Assembly: GCA_023213395.1 (NCBI GenBank)
Contig: CM041465.1
Coordinates: forward strand, 180,799,741 to 180,863,740
Source of the DNA: Cycas panzhihuaensis
Lineage: Eukaryota; Plantae; Cycadophyta
Direction: 5' to 3'
DNA: 64,000 nucleotides
The translations under genes were made by a program, and so were the position numbers. Below the pieces are notes generated by a model that ran no database searches, was not told the DNA's origin, and saw only the letters and a program-made list of their open reading frames with translations. How positions within the stretch are numbered: the first letter of the stretch is position 1; each line of letters starts with the position of its first letter. This document shows, piece by piece, positions 25,429-40,255 of this stretch.

Positions 25429-27686
25429 TGTTGGAGAGAAGGTTCATTTTATGTATATGTACATATTAATCTTCAAATAATAATAATAATAACTTAAAAA
25501 TTTGCATAGTATTTATCAATCATAATTGCACTAGATATGGTAGGTGGAAAACCCCCTATCGAGGATAAGAAAACCACCTCCTAAATATAATAATTTTATT
25601 ATAATAATAAATAGGACAGAACATGAATAGCCTAGGATCTCATCCTCTCTCTTTCTTTACATCTAACCTACCCTACATAACCTAGTCAACCTAACCTCTA
25701 GGAATGTAGGAAAGAATCTTTTAAAAAGAAGGGTTCATTGAAATGGATGGTTTTCTATTTCAAGGAATCATATAATTAACTATTAATAAATGAACTTTAT
25801 AAAGTAAACATTATAAAGTTAATATTATAAGAAGAACACTATAAGATAACATTAAAATGTAATATTAATTATTTCTAATATTCCCCTTTAATGTTATCTT
25901 TTGTATAATAGATGATATAGAAGATAGAAGAAGATGATAGAGAAGATGATGATGACTTCAACATGGTAATCTTCCTTTGATTAAGACTTTATTAATCTTT
26001 AACAATTCTTGCAACTTTACAAACTTGACTTCAGTCAATGGCTTGGTTAGGTTGTCAATAATCTATAAATTTATAAGATAATAAAATAGATTAATAGTAT
26101 TGTCATTTATAAGATTACGAATAAAATGTTGGTGTAATTCTATATGCTTTCTATTAGAATATGCAATAGGATTTGTAACTATAGATATCACACCTTGATT
26201 ATCAACATTAATTTTAATGGAATAGTTAGGAAACAAACCAAGCTTAATTAGTGGAGCTTTAATTTAGAGTGATTCTTTACTAGCTTCAACCAATGCTCGA
26301 TATTCAACTCCAATCATAGACAAGGCCAATGTTTACATCTTTTTATTAAATTAATTGATTGTTGAGGAATCTAGAAAAAAGATATAATCAATTGTAGATT
26401 TATCATCATTAGAGATTGATGAATATAGGGGGTTCAAGATCTAGTTATGATTATATCATCTACATAAAGAATTAATATGATAATGTTATCATCTTGTCTT
26501 CGAAAATAGAGATTAGGGTTGCTGATACACCTAATCTATCCATTTTGTAAAAGATAGTTATCAATTTTGATATACCAAGATTGAAGATCTTGTTTAAGAC
26601 CATATAATGATTTTTTAAACTTACAAACAAGATTAGGGTTGCAAACAAAGCTAGGGGGTTGTTTCATATAAATTTCTTCTTTAAGATCTCCATTTAAGAA
26701 TGCACTTTTAACATCCATTTAATAAATCTACCAACCAAATTTGACTACTAAAGTTATGATGGCTTTAATTGTGTTCATTTTAGCTACAACAACAAAAGTT
26801 TTGATATAATCAATACTGTTAATTTGGGAGAAACTTTTCACTACTAAATGAGCCTTATGCTTTTCAATTACTCTTTTTTAGTTAAATTTACTTTGGTAAA
26901 CACATTTGCAGTCTATCAAGTTCTTTTCAAGGGGAAGTGTAACTAGATCCTAAGTTGAATTCTTTTTAAGAGTATCAAATTCAACTTGCATGGCTTGTTG
27001 CTATATGGGATTGTTACTTGCTTCCTTAAAGGTTTGTGAGTCATCACTAGCCATGACTTTAACCATTAGAGAAAATTTGGCTTGAAGTTTCTAAGAATAA
27101 GTTCTCCTAGTATCTGATGGATCACTAGCATCAGAACCAATAGTTGAAAGGGTTTTTTGAGCCTAAACTACCTATTTATTTCTTGAAGAGTCATAAGTAG
27201 AATGTTGATTAGTAGAATTTGATTTATTTGAAGTAGATATTTGATTAGATGGATTAGATATACTAGATTCGCTTAAGGTCCAGTTCTAGACTTATGAAGA
27301 TAAGCTATCAATTACTTTACTGTCTAGTTGTATATCTAAAGGATTTTTTAGATAAGTATTAGTTAATAGGTTCTCTACAAGAAGTTCTATATAAGTGGCT
27401 TTTGATGAAGATCCTTTTTCATCAAATATAACATCATGTGGGATCAAAATCATATGCATGATTAGATCAAGTAGCCTATAGGCTTTACTATCTTCACTGT
27501 AAATAATAAAGATAAATTTAGAACTTTTGGGATTGAGTTTATTTCATTTCTCCTTTGGAACATGCCCCAAGCAATGCTTCCAAAGATTCTGAGGTGTTTT
27601 ATAGAAGATTTACAACCAGACCACTTTTGTTCTGGCATAACATTCTGTAAAGACTTATAGGGTGAGTGCATGATCACTATTTCCAT
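25429..27686 (-). mobile_element. Element F: 3' half of a Ty1/copia (3' LTR 25429-25880, RH, RT, INT C-term)
   Basis: LTR TGTTGG..TCTAATA followed by PPT rc TTCCCCTTTA; MDVKSAFLNGDLKEEIYMKQP; HLRIFGS; internal deletion near 26430. Confidence 0.88.
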
Positions 27687-29343
27687 CTGTGTGGGTAATT
27701 ATCTGATCATGTCATTTTAGCCCCCTCCTTTCTCTTATATATGGTCTAAATAGTGCCCATCTATACATTACTACATACAACTAAGAGATGTGTGGTTGAG
27801 AGATCGATTGACGTGGTAGTGTGTGGCAAAGAGGATAATTTTGGGTGGGCCTACATATAGGGATACACCATACTTTATTGGTGATTAATCCTTTTGGGCA
27901 TGATATAAGCATAGCTAAACATAGAGGTTCATTATCTTAGGGTTTCTACATGCAGAGGGCTAGAGAATGAGGCACTCAACCACTCTCTATTAAGTGTGCC
28001 ATGACAGTTGAGTATAGGCACCATCTATAACTACTCTACGTGTGTTATACTTCCAAATGAACCTGCATCTATATATGAACTTCATATAATATTCATGTGT
28101 TATAACTAAGGTTAGTGTACAACTATGGTTGCTCTTGGTAACATCATTTATCTCTATTCTGCATCATAGAAGGGCATGATGGATGAGTGGTTTTAAACAA
28201 CAACATCTTCTTTATATTGATTTCATCAATGTTCATGCCCTTATAAATATAATTAACATCATGCCCTCAATATATATAATATAAATTTCCACCATCAAAT
28301 TATCATAGAAGCTGTCATATAAGCAAACTATTCAACATGTAAAATTAGTATACCATTGTCTAGGGTTTGACATTCAGTCATACCCGAAGTAGTCATGCCC
28401 TTATAAATTAAAGGATTGTAAAAATCTTTCTCATGCTCTATAAACAATTCATGCCATGTATATGTAAATCATCCATATGCTTTCATAATAGAAAAATACC
28501 CCCATAAACATGTAATTTTCTATAATTTGTGCATCAATAAATTAATACAATACATACCTTTCATATTATCATTAAGACACCTATCAACATGATGTTGTAT
28601 AGGCCTACTTGCATTGATAGGTTAACTACTTCATTCTAATGGAATAAGATAAGAGCCTATATGCTTCATGAATATAGGTGCCTACATACATAAATAAATG
28701 TCCACATAAACTCAGCATATTAACATACCATCAGTATTGATTGCATCTATCGTTTATACAATTTGATTAGCCTCATCTACCCTGTAATATGTCATACACA
28801 TCACTAGCATATATATTAAAAAATTCTTCATAAATAGCTCTTGCCATAAGCTTGATAGGCTTAAATGTATATTAGTAAGATCACCTCACCATAGTAGCTT
28901 AGATATAACACTTCTCTAATACCATGTTAAAAATATAAAAAATGTAATAATAATGAACTTATGAGTATACACATATAGAGAATTAATTAATATAAATGTA
29001 AAGTAAAGCAAGCATCAACAACCATAATCACCATAAGACATTAAGATTTATATGTGGAAAACTCATTGTGGGAACAGCCGTAGGAGAAGGTGGAGTTAGG
29101 ACTCCACTTATGATCATAAGGTTTACATCTCTAAGTCTTTAACTTTTCTTAAATTCTCAAGTCATGAGTATACATATATATAGTGAAAATCACCTTATGA
29201 GTAGCCTATTAAATACAACAAACAGTTACATCATCTAATAAAAAGACAACATGGATATGTGTACATCTCACATATTTCAAAGAAGATGAATGGTGGGCAG
29301 TACATGTGTATAATAAGTCCACATTAAACATTATATTTTAATA
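27687..29343 (-). mobile_element. Element G: 5' LTR (28925-29343), PBS and leader of a different LTR element
   Basis: PBS rc CTCTAATACCA 28914-28924 directly next to TGTTAAAA..TTTTAATA; LTR not alignable with F's LTR; E's LTR resumes at 29344. Confidence 0.75.
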
Positions 29344-29738
29344 GTTTCTAGAAAGAGTTATACTTCCTTCCCTTCTCTAAATTTTTATTTTCTCTTCATT
29401 TATTTTCCTTTCTCTTTTTTTCTTCCTTATTAATTTCTCTTAACACATACATCCTTGCAAAAATTATATTTTTAGTAAGAGAAAAATTTATATGCAATGA
29501 AACTTTTGAGTTTGAAAATACTTTGGTAAGCACATTTTATTATTAAAGATATCAATTCATCATGCTTTCATCAATTTGTATCAATTAATTTTATTAGATA
29601 GCACTCCTGCAATTAAGCATTCTATTGTATGCAAACTATCTTTATATTGAAATATAAATTATCTTAAGAAATAATTATTTATCTCAATTCATTAAGCATA
29701 TTGTCTGATGTTCTCATACAAATAACTCATTTAGGAAA

Positions 29739-29741
<3 letters not shown>

Positions 29742-29793
<52 letters not shown>
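29742..29793. repeat. (AT)26 microsatellite
   Basis: Pure AT run within E's 5' LTR. Confidence 0.98.
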
Positions 29794-29795
<2 letters not shown>

Positions 29796-29811
29796 CAGAT
29801 ATTTTATTGCT

Positions 29812-31835
29812 TATTAGAAATAAGCATACAGATATTTTATGTACACAACAAGCATGGAAGATGCAAGCACACAAAAATAGAATTGACATGGAAAACCATT
29901 CAGTAAAAATCCACCACAAAATAATAGATTACATTGATACTAAAAGTTTAAGATTAGAATGGAATTTAGGTCTCTTTAAATAAATCTATAAGTGTCTCAA
30001 ATATATATCTATCGACCTATATACAATAACATTTACATCATAATATTTGTACTATAATACACCACGTTAACATTAGGCAGGTTAAGATACTACTCTAGCA
30101 TCCCCCTTTAATATAAATGTGGGGTCTTGAAGTCTTCACAAGGGCTAGGCTATCCATTGTCTTTATCCTTGTTGATGTATCCCCCCTCAAGGATAACTTC
30201 ACTAAGTCCCAAATTAGCATAAATCTTGATGAAATGGTCTTCAGTTAGAGCTTTGGTGAATACGTCTATAAGTTATTTTTTACTTGGATAAAATTCAACT
30301 ATAGCTTTCCTGATCTAATATACTCATGGATGTAATGGAGTTAAATCTCAATATGCTTCATATATATACGAAATTCTAAATGTTTGGAAAGTTGAATAAC
30401 ACTCTGATTATCAATATATATAATGGGTGTACTAAAAGATGTTTCAAGATTTTTTTAAAATCCTTGCAACCATATTACTTCCCTTGCACCTACACTAAAT
30501 CCTTGATATTTAACCTCTGTAGAAGACAATGCAATGGTGGTTTGTCTTTTGGATTTTCATGATACAAATCCATTTTCAATACTAAAAATATATCCATCTG
30601 TTGATTTCCTATCTTCAACATCTCCACTCTAATCTACATCAATATACCCATATAATTTTACCTCTCCACCTTGAAGGTATTCAAGGCCATGATTAAGTGT
30701 TCCCTTAGCATACTTCAGAATCCTCTTCACAGTAATCTAATGTGGTTGTTAGAGACTTTGCATGTAATGAGATACCAATCCAATAATATAAGTAATATCA
30801 GGCCTAGTATAAGTTAAGTAAATCAAACTCCCCACTAATTATTGATATAAAGTCCCACCTATAACTGGCTTATTCATATCTTTCATGAGGTTTGTGACCT
30901 TTACATATGATGTCTTCATTAATTTGTAATCTTTCATCCTAAATCTCTTAAATAAGTTTTCTGTATACCTTGATTGCAACATCATGATGTGATCATCCAT
31001 CTTATTAACTTAAGTGCCCAAGAAGTAATGAAGTGTCTTAAGATCTATCATTTCAAAAGTATGTCCTAAGTAGAACTTTGTAGCTATAATAACCATATTA
31101 TAGTTACTTGTAACAACAAGGTTGTCTATATACAACATAATAACAACTATTGTAGTTCCCTTCCTTTGAATATAAAGACTCAGCTCTAATTCTGTCATCA
31201 AAAGATTATTGTTCTTCGACTTGGCATCTATCTTGTCATACCAAGCATGAGGTGCTTATTTTAAGACATGGAGAGACTTCTTCAAGTGATACACTAAATG
31301 CTCTTATCCTTCCTTCACAAAACCAAGAGGTTAAGCTATATAGATCTCCTATTTCAAGTCTTCATTAAGGAATGTAGACTTCATGGCCATGTGGTATAAT
31401 TTCCAACCATATATAGCTACTAAAGCAAGGATTAATCAAACTATTATCATCTTAGAGACTAGTGTAAATGTCTCCTCATAATCAATTTCTTCTTTCTATT
31501 TGAATCCCTATATAACAAGTCTAACCTTATACTTATGTAACTCGCCATTTAAAAACAAGCATACAGATAGTTTATGTACATAATAAACATGAAAAATGTA
31601 AGCACACATAAACAAAATTGACATGGAAAACCTTTCAGTAAAAATCCACCATAAAATAATAGATTATATTGATACCAAAAAATTAAGATTACAATGGACT
31701 CCAAATCCCTTTAAATAGATCCATAAGTGTCTTAAATATATATCTGTCGACCTATATATAATAAAATTTACATCACAATATTCATACCATAATACACAAC
31801 ATTAATATTAGTTGGGTTAAGATATGACTCTAACA
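29812..31835 (-). mobile_element. Element K: internally deleted Ty1/copia (RT-RH only), ~290-bp LTRs, related to A
   Basis: LTRs ~29812-30100 and ~31549-31835; PPT rc TCCCCCTTTA 30101; LYIDNLVVT, MIDLKTLHYFLG; RT abuts the 5' LTR; TSD-like CTTAT/CTTGT. Confidence 0.9.
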
Positions 31836-32739
31836 CTTGTTGATGATCCTTTTATGTTTTCCTCTAATTTAGGGTTAAGAGTTGTATGAATATACATTAG
31901 GGTTCTCTAACTATGTTATGGCAATTGACTTTGGGCTATCAGGTAAGCACATGATTTACATTTTCAACATTATATTTTGGTGTAAATAAGGGAATTTAAT
32001 GATAGGTTAGAAAGTGTGGTTAGAAACTAGATCTCTCATTGTCTTATTAGAGGTCTTTCCCTACTAGTTTAATCCAAGTGGATCAAGACATTATCTAGTT
32101 CTTTTGGCAGGCACATACTGGGAAGAAGTTGAGCTTATTCTTTCTTATTCCCTTCTGGTTCCATTTTCTTTTCCTTCTTATTTTTCATCCTTATATTTTT
32201 CTTTTCTATATTTTCTTACATATTCTAAAAAATGTCATTCATGACTCTACTTAATGACCATTTACTTTATAGCTTCATACATTATATATATTACACATAA
32301 TACAAGCCAATCTAATTGTGTTATAGAGTTAAACATTTTATAGTTGCCTCTTTGTTACCTATGGTTATTCATCAAATACGTGAACCAAACCTTATTACAT
32401 CCATTCCTTGGGGGGGATACAATAATAAAGAGCAACAATAATTAATGACCTTACTAGGGACATATCCCCTATTTTACTTTTATTTTTTTCCCCTCAAAAA
32501 TTTCTTTATATCTATCTATATGTTTGTCTATATATGATTTTGCTAAATTATATTATATGATCAACTTATCAAGGAGGTTATATTCTAGATTAGTAAAAGC
32601 ATAGGGGAAGAGCTACAAATCTCTCTTCTTGTAAAAGACCAAGGAGGCCTGCCAAGAGTCACAAGATGGTTGAGCAGATAGGAAGATTAACTTGGTTTAT
32701 AGGCCCATAATTCATAAAATTGGAATTTACAACAAATAT

Positions 32740-33300
32740 AATAGCTTAGAAGGATATTCCTTGGGTCTACAATAGTCTTTTAGATCTTAGAGGTGAACTA
32801 CATGAGATTCTTAAGATAACTTTGAAATAGTATTAGAGATTTACTAGAGATGGGATGATTTTAGTAAAATAACTTATTAGAAAAAATTCCATCATATGTA
32901 AATTGTTTAGCATTAGTGAATCTGGGGTATCTATCAGATTGTTTATACATTCTTTAATTGAGAATATGGTGGTTTGGTTCTATTCATTACCTAAGTTTTC
33001 TATAAGAAGTTGGGACAACTTGATAGAAGCTTTTAATTTTAAATTTAGTGGTGACAAGATTTTTGACACAGTAAAGAGTTGTCTAGTATGAAGAAAGGAT
33101 ACAGAGAAATCATTTCAAATTATATTAACAAGTTTGAGAAGACTCTTAGATAGATTGGAATTGGATAAAGACCTATACAAGGTAGGTTAATACAATGGTG
33201 TCTTGGGGGTTTCAACCTTGAAATCAAATTTTGGATTATGTTGAAAAGACCACTAGATTTTTTAACAATAAAATTTCTTATTCTAGATCTTAAAACCATG
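32740..33300 (+). pseudogene. Retrotransposon gag remnant of E
   Basis: IRLFIHSLIENMVVWFYSLPKFSIRSWDNLIEAFNFKF is a typical Retrotrans_gag motif. Confidence 0.85.
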
Positions 33301-34433
33301 AAATATGGGTGGAAGATACTTACTTCTTCTCAAGAACAGTGGCTCAATATTAGTTGAGATAGAGAATTTGATGCCATAATGATAAATGAAGAAGAGATAC
33401 AATTAAAATCAAATTACATAGATGATAATCAAGGAGCATAATTTATTCAAGATAAGATTAATAACAATCTTGAATAACTCTTAGAAGTTTTTAGGAGATG
33501 GCACTCTTGATTAATAAGAGTATGTTGTCATTATGCCTAAAGATCTTATTTTTTTTTCCCAAATGACATGACGTAATTATTTACCCTCAGACTTTACCAT
33601 GGTTGATGGATTTTCTTTTGATATAGAGTTATAGTACATTGATAAGAGGCAAGAAATTAAACATGAAGACATCAAGGGGATGATAAAAGAATTCCCTGAT
33701 GTGGATGCACATGCGATCCTTTATTTCATTGGACTGCATGTTGTCTATAGAGGAGAAGGATGATATTCCATACTTAGTTTTTAACCTACATTGCAATGAA
33801 GAGATAATTGGTTCCATGCTTGATTTTGACTCTTCATACAATTTAGAACTCATTGAATCAACTATTTAGATATGATCAACCCATCACGAAGTCATTATAG
33901 CCATTAGAAATTCTCTAAAAGATTCTATTGATTATGAGGAGCATCACATATATCTAATTTTAGAAGTGTGATGGGATGAATACATTTTTGAAAATGAAGG
34001 GTAGCTATTACCCCTTATACATAGGTATGAAGGATTTACTAATGATTTGGAGGCCCATCAGAAAACTAAAATTGTGGAAGAAGGTAAAGATGTAATCATG
34101 GATCATCTTGTTAGTCAATAACAACATGATAATATTGCTCATGCATTTAAAAAAAATAGATTTATTTTTTTCAAAAACATAAGAAATAAAGATGACTAGG
34201 ATTCAATGCTAGACAAGGATTTTGAATAAGAGGTATCTATCTTTTTGTTTAATATATATAATCATTTTCCATATTACCAAGAAATTTATATTGTACAAGC
34301 ATCCACATTTGATTATAGAAACTCATTACAAGGTTTTTTAAAATGGTAAGTCCATCTTATTCTTAATAGGAAGGCAAGAGGAGGATACTAATATTGAGGC
34401 TATCATAAAATAAACTTCAGAAGATGTTATTGT

Positions 34434-34983
34434 TGTTAAACCTTATGTTTACATGTTAAGACTATGTACTTTATTTTTTTATGTATTATTTATACTTCTG
34501 TACTTTAGGGGTGACTTATCACTTAAGTGATAAAGTGCATACCCACATTCTTTCCTAGTGATATAACATTATCATTAAATGGACAACTGGGCCCCCATTC
34601 ACTTTTGCTTACTTGGAAGCCTAAAAAGACATATGTCCTACATGTAAGGCATGTACCTTAGATGTTTGATACTTATCAAACATCTAATGCCTTAGGTCTC
34701 TTCTTTCACTCTATATATTGAGACCTCTTCCCATGGTTCTCATATAGAGTTGGAACTGTATTGTTATGCTACCAATTTGTTAATCAAACTGCTATTCATT
34801 TGGAGGTTGGACCAATTCCAACTCCTCACATTTGGTATCATTTTGCTTTTTCTCTTTATGCTTTGATCTTGCATATGTTTGATCTCATACTTTTATTGTC
34901 AATCTAGATTATTTACTTTCTAGAATTAGAGTGAATATATCTCCTAGATCTTGGGTTTCAAAGGCCTTTTGACCATTTCAACA
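34434..34983 (+). repeat. 5' LTR of copia H
   Basis: Colinear with 46673-47217. Confidence 0.95.
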
Positions 34984-35176
34984 TTTGGTATCAGAGCTAG
35001 AGGAGACTAGTTCCCTCTGTTCTAATTTTTTCTTGTTCAAGAGAGATTCAAAGTAGTTTCTACTACCCCTTGGTGATAAACTTCTCTCTCTGAAGGTGAT
35101 CCAAGGCATGTTTTAGACTTACAACTATAGATCAATCTTTTTGGAGTAGTGTTGAAGGCTAGAGCAGGCATATTTT

Positions 35177-38100
35177 TCAAGTGAAAATATAATTGTAGAA
35201 GCAATATGATAACATAACTCTAAACCATGCAAAAAATAAATAGCATAAACAAATCAAGCACTCAACAAAGAATACCAGGAGATTCAGGTCTAAGCATAGA
35301 CCTTTTATTAATCTAAGCAATAGCTAAAGAATTATAGGGATGAATGAACCCTAACTCTTCTCCTTGACTCATTCATACCCATATCATTATCATCATCTTA
35401 CATATGCCATTACATAAGAATATATAGACATAACATTACAAAATACCGCCTTGTACTTTTATAATACAATGGGCATAAACCATGGGCTGACAAAGACCCT
35501 TATAAGACACCTACAAAATTTTCTCGAGGGCTCTCGTCCTCGAACCCCTGCCTAGGGATTGTTGGCCCCCTAGACCCCCTAGTCAAGGGTCTTACAATGG
35601 ACCCCCAGACCCCACAAAGGAGCTTAGGTGTAATGTCTATACCCATGTAATACTTACAAAGTGTTCAACATATCTAACAATCTCTTACTTGTTGAATACT
35701 TTACAAGAAACCTGCATACATAACTACTGAATGCCAAAATCATAATCACCCATTATAATTCTACACCATCTAATTTTTTTTGTGCTAATAATCTTAGTTA
35801 ATAAGTCTGCAGTATTCTCTTGTGTAGTAATCTTATGCAAATCCACCTTGTGATCTTGAACCATTTCCCTCATAAAATGGAACTGCACATCAATATGCTT
35901 CGACCAAGAATGAAAAATGGGATTTTTTGCTAGGTAGATTACACTTTGATTATCACAATCTATCCTCACAATATCCTACTTAAAGCCAATATCTGTGCAT
36001 AATATATGTAACCAAATTGATTCCTTGTGCATATGAGTAGCTGCCATATACTCTGTTTCTATGCTAGAAAGTACCACAACTTGTCTTTTACTCATCCAAC
36101 TGACTATGCCACCATAAAGTATAAAAGCACACCTGCTTGTAGATCTTTTGCTGTCAAGATCTCTAGCCCAATCAGCATCAATAAAACCTCTCAGGTTCAT
36201 TGTTCTACACTCTATGGGATCTCCTTGATAGCAAATTCCATAGTTTGATGTATCTTGTAGATACCTGAAAATCCTTTTCACAGCCACCCAATGCTCCCTG
36301 CCTGGGTTTGACATATACCTACTAACTACTCCCACTACATGGGTAATGTCTGGTTAAGTACAAACCATCATATACATTAGGATACCAATAGCACTAGCAC
36401 AAAGGACAAATGTCATGCCTTTAATTTCTTGGTAAGTCTTTGGGCATTGTTCAACTGATAGTTTTAAACCAAGAGGAAGAGGAACATTAACTAGTTTACT
36501 ATCTTACAACCTAAACCATTGTAATATTATCTCAATGTACCATCTTTGACCAAGCTAAATCTTTCTATTTCTCTTATCCCTTTTAATCCCAATTCCCAAA
36601 ATAAAATGTGTAGCACCAAAGTCCTTCATCTCAAAGTGAGATGCCAGCTAGTCTTTTACAAGTTGGTTCATTCTTTTATTGTTACCAACTAAAAGTATAC
36701 CATCAACATATAAAGACAGAATAACAAAATGATCACCAACCTACTTATAATAAATACAATGATCTACTTTACTACATGCAAAGCCATCCATTAACATGTG
36801 TGAATTAAACTTTTGATACCATAACCTTGGTGATTGTTTCAAGCTATTTAATGACTTCTTCAACTTGTACAGCATATCCTCCTTTCCTACAACTTCAAAC
36901 CCTTCAGGCTACAACATATAAATTTCTTCTTCAAGGTCACTATGAAGAAATATAGTCTTCATATTCATTTGATTCACCTCAAGGTCATAGGTAGCTTCTA
37001 TAGCCAACAAAACTCTAATTGAAGTAACTTTTGCAACAAGAGAAAATACCTCACCAAAATCTATTCCCTTGACCTGGGAATAGCCCTTTGCTACCAAGCG
37101 AGCCTTGTACTTATCCACAGTACCATCTGCCTGAAACTTCTTCTTGAAGATCCATTTATTATTAATAGGTTTTCTACCATAAGGCAGATCCACTAAATCC
37201 CATGTATTATTTTTGTCCAAGGCCATCTTTTCTTCTTGCATGGCCTTCATCCAAAGTTGGCTCTCTTTTGACTTTAAAGTCCCTCGAACAGTACCTACAT
37301 CACCATCTATAGTAAATAAAATAAAAAATGAGTGACAAAAATCTTCAGGAATATACATGTCAAGTTGTCTTCTCTCATGAGCTGATCTCCTCAATATGTG
37401 GGGTTCTTGAGGTTAAGCTACCTCTATAGCTGGTTCTTCCTCTTCAGCTAACTCATATTCTGATACAGAATCTTCATCTATTACTTTAAATTGTATCTTC
37501 TTAAAGTGTTCCTCCTTTGTTTCTTCATCCTACTTTAGAGACTTGAACTCCACTCTAAAGACAACATCATAGCTATACATAACCTTTTGTGTTTCAAGGT
37601 TATAAAGCTTATATCCTTTAACACCATCACCATAGCCAATGAAAATAGTCTTTTGTGCTTTGAAATCAAGCTTAGTCCTTTATTGTTTAGGAACATGTAT
37701 AACAGCTTCATAACCAAACACTCTAAGATGACCAAGAGATGGTTTCTTACCATACCACACTTCTTCAGGTGTTTTTTATACTAAGGAAGTTATCAGCGAT
37801 CTGTTTATCAAGTAGCTTATAGTCATCACAACCTTTGCCCAAAATTTCTTCTCTAATCTAGTAGCATTGAGCATACTCCTTGATCTCTCCAGTAAGGCCC
37901 TATTTATCCTTTCATTAACTCTGTTCTACTGTGGCATATAGGGAATTATCTTTTTCCTTGCTATCCCACATAACTTATAGAACTGCTTAAATTCCTTTGA
38001 GCAAAACTAACCTCCATTATCAGTCCTCAATACCTTCCTCTGCCTGTTACTCTAATTCTTGACCAAGGCCTTGAATTCTTTAAATTTATTGAAGAGTTTA

Positions 38101-40255
38101 GATTTCTATTTAAGAAAGTACAACCATATCTTACTTAAGAAATCATCTATGAATGAGACAAAGTATTTGGACCCACCCAATGAGGTTACATCAATAGGTC
38201 CAAAAACATCGATGTGCACAAATTGTAGAATACCCTTTGCTCTCTTCGAACTTGAAGGAAAACTAACCTGATTCTATTTGCCATACACATAATGCTTACA
38301 AAAATAAAAATCAAATGAGCCATTAATTCTAGAGATGTCTTCTACCATACCATTGGAGAATAAATCATGGAGGCCTTTCTCTCCAATATGGCCCAATCTT
38401 TGATGCCACAAGATAATTTTACCAGTAAGTGATATTTGAGTCTTGCCTTCATTATTGTTACTTTCTGTAATAGTTAGATTGCAATTTCTAGCATGCACCG
38501 TACTTACATCAAGCTTGTATAGTGTTCCAAATCAAACCCCTTTTGTTAACACTAACACTCCTTGAACCATTCTATAATCATCTTTATTGAAGATCACTTC
38601 TATTCCTCCATCACCCAATTGACTGACAAACAACAAACTAATAGCCAAACTAGGAATATGACTCACATCAGGGATAGTTTTAACTCTTCTATCCCTAAAT
38701 CAAACATTCACCCTTCCATGACCTACAATTTTATATGGGTAATAATCCCCAAGAAATACCTCACCTTCATTAATCCTTGTGTATTCACAAAACCAGTCCT
38801 TATGGGGAGTAACATGAAGTGAAGCACCAGAGTTAATTAACCAAGACTCAATATATGACAACTTACCTGAGGTTGCCAAATAAAAATCACCATCAGCTTC
38901 ATTGGAGGCTTTTTCTATCATGGAAGAAGTAGCTTTAAGTGACTTTTCCTTGTCTACCTTGACTTGACACTAGATCTTCATATGGCTAGCCTTCCCACAT
39001 CTCTAGTAGACCAAAGATCCTCTACCTAGAGATTTGGATTTTCCTCTAGATTTTGGTTGTTTATTCCTAGGCATTTGTTGGTCACGATTCAATGTTTGAC
39101 CTCTCACTGCTAATGCTTCTTTTAAATAATCCTCAAAAGATTTTTGCCTTGTCTCTTTTGACAGCAGAGTAGTAATAACATCATCAAATTTCAAGGTGGC
39201 AGCAACCATGCTACTAATCATCATCAGAAGATTATCCCAGGAATTAGGAAGCAAACATAACAAGGTAATACACTTATCTTCTTCAGACATTATTATCCCA
39301 ACTGAAATAAACTGACTCACCATAGTGTTAAATGTAGTGAGATGATTTGTAACTGCATCTCCATCACTCATTCTGAGTGAATGTAGTTTTTTCCAAAGAA
39401 ATGGCTTATTAACTAGGGACTTTGTTTGATACAAAGCTTCTAACTTTCTCCACAGATCTTTGGTCATAGACTCTATGGCAACATTCATCAAAACCATGTT
39501 TGAAAGGCATAACCTTATTGAACTAATTGCCTTTCGATCAAGCTTCTTCCAGTATTCATCACCCATAGTCATAGGCTTTATCCTGCTACAATGATACACT
39601 GATCCTTCTTAACGATGATATCTTCCATCTTTAGTTTCCACAGCTCAAAGTTCTAGCCATTGAACTTTTTAGTCTCTATCTTTATAGTGCTTTCCATGAT
39701 CTTCACACTTAAGTTCATTGTACAAGGTTCCCATTTACCAAATGGCTTTCTACAGAGCTAAAACCCTTAGCTCTGATACCAAATGAAGAGAAAATATAAC
39801 TGTAGAAGCAATGTGATAACATAACTCTAAACCATACAAAGAACAAATAGTATAAACAAATCAAGCACTCAACAATGAACACTAAGAGATTTAGGTCTAA
39901 GCATAGACCTTTTATTAATCTGAGCAACAACTAAAGAATTATAGAGATGAATGAATCCCAACTCTTCTCCTCAACTTATCTACGACCATATCATCATCAT
40001 CATCTTACATGTGTCGTTACATAAGAATATATAGACACAACATTATAAGATACCACCTTGTAGTTTTATAATATAATAGACATAAACCATGGGCTGACAA
40101 AGACCCCTATAAGACACCTAAAAAATTTTCTCAGGGGCTCCGCCCCCAAACCCCCCAGTCGAGGGCCCTACAATAAGCCCCCAAACCTCACAAAGGGGGT
40201 TGGGTGTAACACTTGTACCTATGTAATACTTGCAAAGTGTTTAATATATCTAATA
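35177..40255 (-). mobile_element. Element I: full-length degenerate Ty1/copia (Tnt1/Tork-like) nested in H
   Basis: LTRs 35177-35679 / 39784-40255; TSD ATTTT / ATTTC; PBS rc GCTCTGATACCA 39770-39781; PPT rc ATCTCTTACTT. Confidence 0.95.
35724..39697 (-). pseudogene. copia gag-pol of I
   Basis: NFELWKLKMED; WLINSGASLHVTP; LWHQRLGHIGEKGL; YKARLVAKGYSQ; GFIDADWARDLDSKRST; KHIDVQFHF. Confidence 0.95.

Noticed and set aside
29731-29983. ORFs with IYIYIY runs
   Set aside because: Translation of the (AT)n microsatellite and LTR sequence.
24836-31840. Same TSD (CTTGT/CTTAT) for E and K suggesting target specificity
   Set aside because: Two cases in AT-rich DNA, different superfamilies, and K's left boundary is ambiguous; chance suffices.
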